Source: Alphaproteobacteria bacterium (GTDB taxonomy: Bacteria; Pseudomonadota; Alphaproteobacteria; CAAHEQ01; UBA3637). From it: a DNA stretch of 64,000 nucleotides. Both the position numbers and the translations under genes were made by a program. Numbering within the stretch: position 1 is the stretch's first letter; each line of letters starts with the position of its first letter. The notes beneath the pieces were generated by a model. The model saw only the letters and a program-made list of their open reading frames with translations, did not search any database and had not been told where the DNA came from. This document shows, in pieces, positions 31,594 to 40,356 of this stretch. The DNA lies in contig JAZLAQ010000017.1 in NCBI GenBank assembly GCA_045613285.1, forward strand, positions 8,264 to 72,263. Reading direction: 5' to 3'.

Positions 31594-31622
31594 TTGACTT
31601 TTGATGAAAAAAAGAGTATAAT
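31594..31622 (+). promoter_or_regulatory. Sigma70 promoter for rpmI-rplT, followed by an ~80-nt leader
   Basis: TTGACT (31594-31599), 17-nt spacer, TATAAT (31617-31622). The leader contains the hairpin gcccgagtttgggc. L20-mediated leader control is known elsewhere but is unverified here. Confidence 0.6.
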
Positions 31623-31701
31623 TCGCCCGAGTTTGGGCAAAAAGGCTGATAAATTGGCTGCCTTCCGCCCGTTTGAAACAATATTTGAAAAGGAAAATAA
31701 A

Positions 31702-31893
31702 ATGCCAAAAGTAAAAAATAAAAGCGCTATCAAAAAGCGTTTTAAATTGACTGCAACAGGTAAAGTTAAAGGCGGACACGTCGCCAAACGACACCTTTTA
31801 ATGAATAAACCCAGAAAAATGAAATTGAAAGCACGCGGTAGCCATATCGTTGGTGAAGTCGTGGCCAATATCGTTAAGAAGTTTATGCACTAA
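31702..31893 (+). CDS. rpmI: 50S ribosomal protein L35
   Basis: [23 protein letters not shown]..., 63 aa. AAGGAAA RBS. Confidence 0.93.
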   Translation: MPKVKNKSAIKKRFKLTATGKVKGGHVAKRHLLMNKPRKMKLKARGSHIVGEVVANIVKKFMH

Positions 31894-31904
31894 GGAGGTC
31901 TGTC

Positions 31905-32258
31905 ATGGCAAGAGTAAAACGCGGCACGACAGTTCGTGCAAAACACAATAAAATTTTGAAATTGGCCAAAGGTTATCGTGGTCGTAATTCCAAAGTTTTC
32001 ACAGTTGCAAAACAAAAAGTTGAAAAAGGTCTGCAATATGCTTATCGGGATCGTCGTAAGAAAAGAACCGAAATCCGTCAATTGTGGATTGTCCGTATCA
32101 ATGCTGCCGTTCGGGAACAGGGTATGGTCTATTCCAAATTTATGAATGGATTGGCAAAAGCCGGTATCGCTTTGGATCGTAAGGTTCTGGCTGATATTGC
32201 TTTAAATGATGCCAAGGCCTTTGCCGAATTGGTTGCAAAAGCAAAAGCTGCTTTATAA
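31905..32258 (+). CDS. rplT: 50S ribosomal protein L20
   Basis: [27 protein letters not shown] is a canonical L20 N-terminus. Confidence 0.97.
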   Translation: MARVKRGTTVRAKHNKILKLAKGYRGRNSKVFTVAKQKVEKGLQYAYRDRRKKRTEIRQLWIVRINAAVREQGMVYSKFMNGLAKAGIALDRKVLADIALNDAKAFAELVAKAKAAL

Positions 32259-32280
32259 GATTATATCGGTATTGTAAAGA

Positions 32281-32307
32281 ATCCCTGTATTTTGTACGGG
32301 GATTTTT
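32281..32307 (+). terminator. Rho-independent terminator after rplT
   Basis: 9-bp stem atccctgta/tacggggat (one G-U pair) followed by a T5 run. Confidence 0.75.
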
Positions 32308-32321
32308 CATATAAAACGATG

Positions 32322-32609
32322 ATTTTAAAACTTTATAATAGTATTTATTTTTCAGTGTGATATATGTAAAATGAGTATATTAAATCTAGACGGTCGTCTA
32401 GATTGCACATATAATCACATTATTAAAATTTAGGAAATAAGTCAAGAAAAAAATAAAAAACAGCTTGTATTTCTGGTGTTTTTTATTTTTAAACCTCACC
32501 CTATCAAAAACGGGCACACTATATTAAATCTAGACGACCGTCTAGATTTAATATACTCATTTTACATATATCACACTGAAAAATAAATACTATTATAAAG
32601 TTTTAAAAT
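32322..32609. repeat. 288-bp element: two perfect 83-nt inverted arms (32322-32404 and 32527-32609) around a 122-nt core
   Basis: The arms were checked base by base as exact reverse complements. Each inner arm end carries a tctagac-N4-gtctaga palindrome. Confidence 0.9.
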
Positions 32610-32676
32610 GTTTTTTTAAGGTTTAATCATATTCTTCTTGACTTTTTAATTTCAAAAGAGTATAAATAGACGCATT

Positions 32677-32750
32677 GCGGGTGTAGCTCAATGGTAGAGC
32701 GGAAGCTTCCCAAGCTTAAGACGAGGGTTCGATTCCCTTCACCCGCTCCA
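32677..32750 (+). tRNA. trnG: tRNA-Gly (anticodon CCC)
   Basis: GCGGGTGTAGCTCAATGGTAGAGC...TTCCCAA...GGTTCGATTCCCTTCACCCGCTCCA, 74 nt. An upstream promoter reads TTGACT-17 nt-TATAAA (32638-32666). Confidence 0.93.
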
Positions 32751-32951
32751 AAATTTAAATGGTCATCTTTTGATGGCCGTTAAATTTTTATAGGGTAAGG
32801 ATTAAGAACCCGAGTAGAGGGTTCGTTCACGTAGCGTAAGCGAAGTAGATGTCCGACAGGACAGTCCGAATATCATGAGGACGAGGGATAATGTCCCGAG
32901 CTTTCCCTTCACCCGCTCCAAAATTTAAATGGTCATCTTTTGATGGCCGTT
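32733..32951 (+). repeat. Perfect 49-bp direct repeat (32733-32781 and 32903-32951) covering the tRNA-Gly 3' end plus its terminator hairpin
   Basis: ttcccttcacccgctccaaaatttaaatggtcatcttttgatggccgtt occurs twice, 170 bp apart. Only the second copy is followed by a long T-run. Confidence 0.9.
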
Positions 32952-32960
32952 TTTTATTTT

Positions 32961-34091
32961 TTATACCCGAGTCTTAGTTTTATTAAACTTTAATGCCGTT
33001 CTTCTGGGAACATCGGCAGTAGCTGTGTGAAACTGCTGAGCCAATTCATAAGCTTTATCTTTATCTGTTTGCTTAATTTGTTTTAGTTTTTCAGCCAATT
33101 CATCCCGTTCTTTTTTATCTACCCGTTTTTCAAAATCAAGTTTTTTTATCAGTGGATTAACCTCTATCTGACCATGATTATACTTAACCCGTTTCACAAC
33201 ACGGAAGGATGAATCATACTCTAAATAATCCCCATGAAAGCGACCACTCGCATCATAACTACACTCATCCTTTAAAAAACTGGTAAAACCACGCACCTGA
33301 TACCGATACCGACGACGAATTGCACCTATATCGTAAATCCGCTTTTCAATAATAATACCATCGTCATTAAACAAACAATATTCTTCATCCAAAGAACCGT
33401 TCTTAAGTTTAAAATCTTTTTCCTTCCTACCTTGTCTGTCAAAAATAATTGAACGCAACAGCATATCCTTGCCCCGTTCTAGCTTGCAATTATATGTTGT
33501 CTTACCATCCGCTGTTTTAAATTGATACACGCTTGAAGATATAATGTCCAATGTGTCAAACAACGCAATATCTAATTTTTCTAATCTAGGATATCCGACA
33601 GTTTGGCTTTCTATAACTCTGCCGGAATAAACCTTGGACCACTTCTTTTTGCCGTGTTCATAAAAAGTCTGTTCATAACAACCGGCAGTCCAACTTTCGC
33701 ACAATCCGTCTAGTTCCCCGTTTTCATCCCTATGATCACGAACGCACATTTGTCTGTTTTCATTATATATTTTTGATTCGCCAACAATTACCCCATTTTT
33801 ATAAATACATTCTACATGGGGGGTTTCATCCAAAAAGTAAGAACGGAAATATCCTTCCCACTGACCATCTTTCTTAAATCCTTCCGTTGCAACACGTCCA
33901 TTTTCGTGAAAGCGGATATATTCGCCTTGTGGTACATTACTACGATAGATAAAACGTTCCTTTTCCTGTCCATTTTTGTAATATGATTGGTATAGTCCGT
34001 TTTTGACACCTAATTCGTCTACAATGTAACGTTCCTTGACCTGTCTTCGGATACCTAACAGGTTTTTATAATAAACGGTATAAACCGGCAT
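32961..34091 (-). CDS. MORN-repeat-variant / YwqK-like repeat protein
   Basis: Repeated G-x-Y/W-x-x-Y/F-x-x-NG units (GLYQSYYKNGQEKERFIY, GEYIRFHENGRVATEGFKKDGQWEGYFRSYF) and a charged helical C-terminal tail. Confidence 0.65.
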   Translation of the reverse strand: MPVYTVYYKNLLGIRRQVKERYIVDELGVKNGLYQSYYKNGQEKERFIYRSNVPQGEYIRFHENGRVATEGFKKDGQWEGYFRSYFLDETPHVECIYKNGVIVGESKIYNENRQMCVRDHRDENGELDGLCESWTAGCYEQTFYEHGKKKWSKVYSGRVIESQTVGYPRLEKLDIALFDTLDIISSSVYQFKTADGKTTYNCKLERGKDMLLRSIIFDRQGRKEKDFKLKNGSLDEEYCLFNDDGIIIEKRIYDIGAIRRRYRYQVRGFTSFLKDECSYDASGRFHGDYLEYDSSFRVVKRVKYNHGQIEVNPLIKKLDFEKRVDKKERDELAEKLKQIKQTDKDKAYELAQQFHTATADVPRRTALKFNKTKTRV

Positions 34092-34187
34092 AAAGTCCTC
34101 CTCAAGATTTTATACCGGTTATTGTATCATATTTTTTAAAAATTGTCAACTTTTTTCAAAAAATCATAGTTTAACCCATTGATTTTA

Positions 34188-34802
34188 TTAAAGTTGCTTA
34201 TTTTTTTTATCAGATCCAAATTTAAAATCCTGACTCTTTTTTTGCAGTTCAGCAGTTAATTCTGATACCTTTCCGCCATGACTTTGTAAAAAGGCACTGT
34301 ATTCATTTCGATAACTCATCGCCATACTGACACCTTCTACAATAATATCAATAATTTTATAGTCACCATTTTTTTGACGTAATCTCCAAATAACCTCTAC
34401 CGGCGGATTATTTTGAAACTGACTGTCAACATACAGCTGATTTTTTTCAGCATTTCTTGTACCAGTAAAGACCAATTCCTGCCCGTTATACATATCAAAC
34501 CGGTCTGCCCAAACTTTTGTTGTTAAATCCTTAAAGGCTTCCAAAAAAGCATCTTTTTCTTCCGGTGATGCCTTACGCCAATAAACACCCAAGACAAACT
34601 GACCGATATTTTTCAAATCCAAAGCTTTGGAAAATTCAACCTGAAAACGGGATAATTTTTCATCTTGTGAAATATTTGCCTGCAAAATATCCGTAATAAC
34701 GGTATCCGCCGTATCTTTCACAAAATCAATCGCCGGATTAGAAGCCAAGGCAACAGACGGTACCATAAACAACCCCAAGATAAAAGCATATATTTTTTTC
34801 AT
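34188..34802 (-). CDS. mlaC: Phospholipid-binding periplasmic protein MlaC/Ttg2D family
   Basis: Signal peptide, the Ttg2D-type block LDLKNIGQFVLGVYWRKASPEEKDAFLEAF, and adjacency to mlaA. Confidence 0.8.
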   Translation of the reverse strand: MKKIYAFILGLFMVPSVALASNPAIDFVKDTADTVITDILQANISQDEKLSRFQVEFSKALDLKNIGQFVLGVYWRKASPEEKDAFLEAFKDLTTKVWADRFDMYNGQELVFTGTRNAEKNQLYVDSQFQNNPPVEVIWRLRQKNGDYKIIDIIVEGVSMAMSYRNEYSAFLQSHGGKVSELTAELQKKSQDFKFGSDKKNKQL

Positions 34803-34820
34803 TATTATTTCTCCTTTTGT

Positions 34821-35603
34821 TTAATAATCTTCATCATCCGGAAAGTCAAAATCATAGTCCATCTGAGGTGTTTCCGAATTTTCTTTTTCCAGAATTTCAT
34901 TAATTTCTTTCTGCCGATTTTGTTGAGCCATGCTACGCATAGTGGCATATAAATCCATTGATGATTGTTTAACATTATCAACTAATTCTATGGATTTTTC
35001 ACGCTTTTGTATGGCATCAATTGACCAACGGCTGACTGTAATCCAATGTTCCCCTTTTTCCAGATAATCCAGAGGCTGCAAAAAAGCATCCACCGCCATA
35101 CCACTGGCATCCCGAAAATTAGAAGCCCCCCAAAAAGGAAGCATTAAATAAGGACCGCCATTTTCCACCCCCCAAACAGCCAATGTTTCCCCAAAATCCC
35201 TTTTGACAGCTGGTATTTCCAATTCTGTCGCCGGATCAAACAATCCAAAAAATCCCCAAACGGTATTAGCCAAAAATCTTTTTCCAATATCACCGGCAGC
35301 GTCCATATCTCCTTGGAGTATCGAATTGGTAAAATAAACAGGTTGTTTAATATTCGTAAAAAAATTACTAATACCCGTCCGGATAAATTGAGGTGTGATG
35401 GCACGATACCCCTTAGCAATCGGATTTAAAATATAATCATCCATAAAAAGATTAAAACTGAATACTTTTCTGTTTAACGGTTCCAATGGATCATTATTTT
35501 GTTCATAAATTTTCAATTCATAAGGATCCGTCGGTTTCGTTGCACATCCCGATAAAACGATAATCAATAAACAACAAGCCAATCCGACAATTTTTTTATT
35601 CAT
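34821..35603 (-). CDS. mlaA: Outer-membrane lipoprotein MlaA/VacJ
   Basis: Lipobox VLSGC and the VacJ block DPLEPLNRKVFSFNLFMDDYILNPIAKGY. Start set at MNKKIVG. Confidence 0.85.
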   Translation of the reverse strand: MNKKIVGLACCLLIIVLSGCATKPTDPYELKIYEQNNDPLEPLNRKVFSFNLFMDDYILNPIAKGYRAITPQFIRTGISNFFTNIKQPVYFTNSILQGDMDAAGDIGKRFLANTVWGFFGLFDPATELEIPAVKRDFGETLAVWGVENGGPYLMLPFWGASNFRDASGMAVDAFLQPLDYLEKGEHWITVSRWSIDAIQKREKSIELVDNVKQSSMDLYATMRSMAQQNRQKEINEILEKENSETPQMDYDFDFPDDEDY

Positions 35604-36192
35604 CTTTCTTTTTACTCTTTTTTTCAGCAATTAATTTTTTTTGAAACCGTAAAGCAGGAATAATTTCTTCAACCTCATCAACGAAATGAAATAAAGCCAT
35701 TTGATGCGGTTTAGCAAATCCCTGACCGACCATTTCCAATAAAAACTGTCTTAGTGTATTATAATATCCATCCGTATTCAGGATAACAATCGGCTGTTCA
35801 CTAATACCCAATTGACGTAGAACAATCAACTCAAACAACTCGTCCATTGTTCCCAATCCACCGGGAAGAACACAAATAGCATCGGCCTGCTTTGTCATGG
35901 AAACTTTACGTTCATACATCGTTTGAAAAATTTCCATTTTCGAAACCTTGGTAGATAAATCCGGTCGTTCTATACCAAACAAAGACTGAATAGTTGCCCC
36001 AATCAGATACCCGTCTTCAGCCAAGACGCCATCAGCGACAGCCCGCATCATACCGGTTCCACCGGCACCATAGATAACCTGAATATTTTGTTCTGCAAAC
36101 ATTTGTCCGACCTGATACGCTTTCTGAGTAAAAATGTCTTTCCGACCAGATGAACCACCACAAAAAACAACAACTGATTTAATTTGACTCAT
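35596..36192 (-). CDS. LOG family (TIGR00730) nucleotide phosphoribohydrolase
   Basis: GGGSSG...GAGGTGMM and PGGLGTMDELFE motifs. Confidence 0.85.
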   Translation of the reverse strand: MSQIKSVVVFCGGSSGRKDIFTQKAYQVGQMFAEQNIQVIYGAGGTGMMRAVADGVLAEDGYLIGATIQSLFGIERPDLSTKVSKMEIFQTMYERKVSMTKQADAICVLPGGLGTMDELFELIVLRQLGISEQPIVILNTDGYYNTLRQFLLEMVGQGFAKPHQMALFHFVDEVEEIIPALRFQKKLIAEKKSKKKDE

Positions 36193-36292
36193 TTTTTCCT
36201 TGCTTTTCCTTTTTATTTAAGTTAAAACATTTCATATAGAAGTTTTAACCTGTTATTTTGAAAAGGTCAAGTTAAAAATGAAGGGGCAACAA

Positions 36293-37408
36293 ATGAAAAG
36301 AAGTTATTTTATTGTTTTATCATTATTTTTATCGTTTTCAGTTCAAGCAGAAGATGTTTACATTCCTTTGTTTGAAGATGATATAAAACCAAATTTGGGT
36401 CGGGATGCACAGCCTTTAAAAGAATTATCTATACTTCCCGAATCATTGGGTGATGTCAAAATTTCTTTAGATGACACCAAAAAACAATCCGCCCAACCAC
36501 CAAAAAAACAGACAAAATCGGAAAAGGAAACGGTTAAGAAACCATCTAAACCCATTTCATTATCTCCTAAATCAAATCAAATATCAGAAGAAAACAAACA
36601 ATTATCCGAAAAATTAAAACAAAATGCCGAAAAATTCCAACAAGACCTAGCAAAAGAACAAGCGGAAAAGAAACGTTTGGAAAATGAAAAGAAAATGGCC
36701 GAACTCAAGAAAAAACAGGCAGAACAACAAAAACTCATGCCTGAATCACTGACAGATATTTTTGGTAATTTGCATGATGTTCGTACTTTCGACATTGCCG
36801 GTGTTGCCTTGGGCATGGACGTAGAAGAAACTATAGAGATGGCTCAAGAAAACGGATATACCGTTACAAAAGTAGAACATGGTATTCCTTTACACAGAAC
36901 CACTATTTACGAACAGAATTGTCGTTTAGCAAAACTTTACAGAACAGATATAATAAAGAATTGTGTTATTGAACAGGCCAAGGAAGATGAATTATATTAT
37001 GTGTCTTCCATAACCTTTGCTAAACCACAAACAGCCGAATTCCTACAGGTTCTATTTTCAAGTCCCTTAACTGATAATTTATCTTACAAGGTTTATTATG
37101 AAAATAAAGGGGATAATTCCTTAAATTTCACACGCAAAAATTTAGCTAAAAAAATCAGCAGACGTGACGCATTTTTTAATATGTTGTATGATAACTACGG
37201 TTACCCTGATGATAAAGAACTTTTAATCTGGGGCGATTCGCAAACAGCCTACATGCAAGCATTAATGCGTGGTGCGAATTATGACGCTTATCTGGTATTA
37301 GAAGATAAAGAATTATCCGACAATGACCTGATGGATATGCACGATGAAGGAAAAGCTCTTCAATTAAAACATAACTTTACATTTGCGCCGTCAGATGATG
37401 AGGAATAA
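36293..37408 (+). CDS. Secreted Lys/Glu-rich coiled-coil protein, unknown function
   Basis: Signal peptide MKRSYFIVLSLFLSFSVQA, a low-complexity KE-rich stretch, then a globular C-terminal half. Its stop lies 3 nt before the Clp-like gene. Confidence 0.6.
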   Translation: MKRSYFIVLSLFLSFSVQAEDVYIPLFEDDIKPNLGRDAQPLKELSILPESLGDVKISLDDTKKQSAQPPKKQTKSEKETVKKPSKPISLSPKSNQISEENKQLSEKLKQNAEKFQQDLAKEQAEKKRLENEKKMAELKKKQAEQQKLMPESLTDIFGNLHDVRTFDIAGVALGMDVEETIEMAQENGYTVTKVEHGIPLHRTTIYEQNCRLAKLYRTDIIKNCVIEQAKEDELYYVSSITFAKPQTAEFLQVLFSSPLTDNLSYKVYYENKGDNSLNFTRKNLAKKISRRDAFFNMLYDNYGYPDDKELLIWGDSQTAYMQALMRGANYDAYLVLEDKELSDNDLMDMHDEGKALQLKHNFTFAPSDDEE

Positions 37409-37411
37409 CCT

Positions 37412-39364
37412 ATGACGATTGATGTTTCTCAATATCTAATCAACTATACGGCTCTGGCTAAACAAGGAAAATTGACGGAACTGGTCGGACGTGAGACAGA
37501 ATTGGAACGTCTGATACATATTTTACTCCGCAGTACGAAAAGCAACCCTGTTGTTGTTGGTCCATCTGGTATTGGTAAGACCGCTTTAATTGAAGGATTG
37601 ATTGCTTTTATGGCATCCGAAAATGCTCCGGAATATTTACAACAGCGGGAGGTTGTCGGTCTAAATGTACCCCGTTTAATGTTAGATACGAAAACGGAAG
37701 AAGAATATGCCGAACTGACAAAACGGGTTATGCAGACCATTATTGACAGTAATCATCAAAAAGTTTTGTACCTGAAAGATATCAGCTTTTTGGTTTATGT
37801 TGATACAAATCCTGAAAATAAAGAACCGGCAAAGTTTTTAAAGCTGTCTTTATTGGCAAATGATTTAAGTTGTATCATTGAAACAGACACAATGCACTTC
37901 GTCGGATTTATGGAAAAAGACACTGCCGTCATGGGGTGCGTTCAAAGTCTTTTACTAGAAGAACCAACTTTGGATGAAAGTATCCAAATTGTTGCCCAAC
38001 GAAAAGGAAAATACGAAGAACATTATGGTATCAAAATTCCGGACGAAACGGTACGGGCAGCTTGTCAGTTGACGCATCGCTATATCAAACAAAGGTACTT
38101 TCCGGAAAAGGCTCTGGATTTATTGGACGATTCATCCAGTTTATTGATGATGGATGTGGCAAAAGGCGAATTGGACCCGGATACAAATATACTGGATGTT
38201 GAATTTTGTAACCGGACTGTTTCCTCTTGGACGGGTATCCCGGTTGAAAAAGTAGATGCTGATTCTCGAAAACGACTGGCAAAAGCAGATGAAATTATCA
38301 GACAGCGAGTTGTCGGTCAGGATAATGCTGTAAAAGTGGTGGCTGATGCTCTACGCCGTTCCAGATCCGGTTTACAGGATCCGAACCGGCCTATCGGTTC
38401 ATTCTTGTTTATTGGGACAACCGGGGTCGGTAAAACCGAGTTAGCAAAATCTTTGGCTGACTTTATGTTTAATGATGAAACGGCTTTATTACGTATTGAT
38501 ATGTCCGAATATATGGAACGTTCCTCGGTTGCCCGTTTAATCGGTCCGCCACCAGGATCCCCCGGATTTGAACAAGGCGGTTTATTGACTGAATCTGTTC
38601 GTTTAAAACCGTTTCAGGTTGTCCTGTTTGACGAAATTGAAAAAGCCCATTTGGATATTTTAAACCTAATGTTGCAATTATTAGATGAAGGACGTTTGAC
38701 TGACAGTAAAGGTGTAACTGTTGATTTCCGAAATACAATTATTATTTTAACGTCTAACGTTGGTGCAAACCTACCCAGTTATCAGCGGGTTGAAAAATTG
38801 AGTGAATACTTCCGTCCCGAATTTTTAAACCGTCTGGATGATATTGTTTCCTTTCACCAGTTAAAAGAAGAGCACTTGCGTGCCATTGTGGATATTCACC
38901 TGAATAAGTTATTGAAACGTGCTAAAGCCGTCAATCTGAATGTTGTTGTGGATGAAAAAGCAAAAGATTGGTTCGTAGATGAGGTTTTTACCTCAAAGTT
39001 CGGTGTTCGTGCTTTAAAACGCTTGATTCAGGAACAAGTGGAAACACCTTTGTCTTTACTAATTATGCAAGGTAAAATCCAAGCAGGTCAAGATGTCTAT
39101 TTGCGTGTAGACCCTAATTCAAAACGAAAATTACAGGTCTTAGCCAGAACCGTTCAAACTATTCAAAAGGAAGAGGTTGTACCTTTATCCGTCCCTGAAA
39201 TACAGCCGGTCGAAGAAGATATTCCACCACAATCAGAAAACACAGAAACAGTACCTTCCGTTATTCCGGAACCTGATAGTAGTTCTGATATTAAACAAGA
39301 AATAAAAACCGAAACGGATTTGTCGGAAGAAACGATATCCCCTGAAGATGATTTAGATATATAA
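37412..39364 (+). CDS. Truncated Clp/Hsp100-family AAA+ ATPase (no N-domain, no M-domain, degenerate D1 Walker B)
   Basis: D1 has GPSGIGKT, but VLYLKDIS replaces the ILFIDELH-type Walker B. D2 looks intact (GTTGVGKTE, VVLFDEIEKAH, TSNVG). The C-terminal tail is acidic and Pro-rich. Confidence 0.75.
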   Translation: MTIDVSQYLINYTALAKQGKLTELVGRETELERLIHILLRSTKSNPVVVGPSGIGKTALIEGLIAFMASENAPEYLQQREVVGLNVPRLMLDTKTEEEYAELTKRVMQTIIDSNHQKVLYLKDISFLVYVDTNPENKEPAKFLKLSLLANDLSCIIETDTMHFVGFMEKDTAVMGCVQSLLLEEPTLDESIQIVAQRKGKYEEHYGIKIPDETVRAACQLTHRYIKQRYFPEKALDLLDDSSSLLMMDVAKGELDPDTNILDVEFCNRTVSSWTGIPVEKVDADSRKRLAKADEIIRQRVVGQDNAVKVVADALRRSRSGLQDPNRPIGSFLFIGTTGVGKTELAKSLADFMFNDETALLRIDMSEYMERSSVARLIGPPPGSPGFEQGGLLTESVRLKPFQVVLFDEIEKAHLDILNLMLQLLDEGRLTDSKGVTVDFRNTIIILTSNVGANLPSYQRVEKLSEYFRPEFLNRLDDIVSFHQLKEEHLRAIVDIHLNKLLKRAKAVNLNVVVDEKAKDWFVDEVFTSKFGVRALKRLIQEQVETPLSLLIMQGKIQAGQDVYLRVDPNSKRKLQVLARTVQTIQKEEVVPLSVPEIQPVEEDIPPQSENTETVPSVIPEPDSSSDIKQEIKTETDLSEETISPEDDLDI

Positions 39365-40356
39365 TGCATCATTTAGCACAAAAACTTCTGAACTGGTTCT
39401 CACTGCATGGTCGGGATATGCCATGGCGGGTAAAGGGTGGTGCCCATTTTGATGCTTATGCTGTTTGGATTTCTGAAATTATGTTACAACAAACAACAGT
39501 TAAAACTGTTTTAGAATACTTTCCCCGTTGGATGAAACGATTTCCCAACATTCAAATATTGGCCGCTTCCGATATTCAGGATGTTCTATTGATGTGGCAA
39601 GGTCTAGGTTATTATACCCGAGCCAAAAAAATCCATGAATGTGCCCGTATTCTGACAGAAAAATATAACGGAAAAATACCCGATAATCGAGAAACATTAT
39701 TAAAATTACCAGGAATTGGTCCTTATACAGCATCTAGCATTTGTTGTTTTGCCTTTAACTTGCCAGAAACAGTCGTAGATGGTAATGTCGTACGGGTTAT
39801 TGCCCGCCTTTATGGTTTAACCCATGCCGTTACCAAAGAAGAAATCTATCAACTGGCACACCCCTTAACACCATCAAAATACGGAGCAGATTATGCCTCA
39901 GCCATTATGGATTTAGGGGCGACCGTTTGTACACCGGACAAACCAGATTGTTCAAATTGCCCTTGGAATAAGGACTGTATTGCCTATCAAAAGAACCTAA
40001 CTGACACAATTCCTTTAATTCAAAAGCCGATAAAAAAAGAACGATATGGAAACTTATTTCTCATTCAAAATAAAAAGGGAGAATTTCTGATACAAAAACG
40101 AGAAGGAAAAGGACTTTTATCTGGTTTATACGAATTCCCATGGAATTATCAGGAAGAAGATAACCTTTATTCTGTTCAAGCCAGCAATAAGTTGGGAACA
40201 ATAACCCATACATTTACACACTTTAAACTGTCTTTAACCGTTTATCTGATAAAGGATGAAAAAACACCAAATAAAAAAGGGGTATTTATCCCTAAAAATA
40301 AATTTAAAGAATACCCCTTTTCCACGCTGATGCGAAAAGTTTTCCGCTTTATTTAG
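39364..40356 (+). CDS. mutY: A/G-specific adenine DNA glycosylase MutY
   Basis: HhH-GPD blocks (WISEIMLQQTTV, LPGIGPYTA), a 4-Cys Fe-S cluster loop (C-x6-C-x2-C-x5-C) and a NUDIX-like C-terminus. Confidence 0.9.
   Translation: MHHLAQKLLNWFSLHGRDMPWRVKGGAHFDAYAVWISEIMLQQTTVKTVLEYFPRWMKRFPNIQILAASDIQDVLLMWQGLGYYTRAKKIHECARILTEKYNGKIPDNRETLLKLPGIGPYTASSICCFAFNLPETVVDGNVVRVIARLYGLTHAVTKEEIYQLAHPLTPSKYGADYASAIMDLGATVCTPDKPDCSNCPWNKDCIAYQKNLTDTIPLIQKPIKKERYGNLFLIQNKKGEFLIQKREGKGLLSGLYEFPWNYQEEDNLYSVQASNKLGTITHTFTHFKLSLTVYLIKDEKTPNKKGVFIPKNKFKEYPFSTLMRKVFRFI

Noticed and set aside
29276-31708. 810-aa version of parC starting at 31708, plus minus-strand ORFs 31437-31868 and 31525-31794
   Set aside because: The extra 66 codons are Phe/Leu-rich translation of an AT-rich intergenic region that holds the consensus rpmI promoter. 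The conserved ParC sequence begins at MTQELN (31510).
32782-32902. The 121-bp insert after tRNA-Gly as a second tRNA or a piece of two-part tmRNA
   Set aside because: No complete acceptor, D or anticodon arms could be folded. The tRNA-like 3' part is simply the duplicated tRNA-Gly end, and no Ala-type G3:U70 acceptor or tag reading frame was seen.
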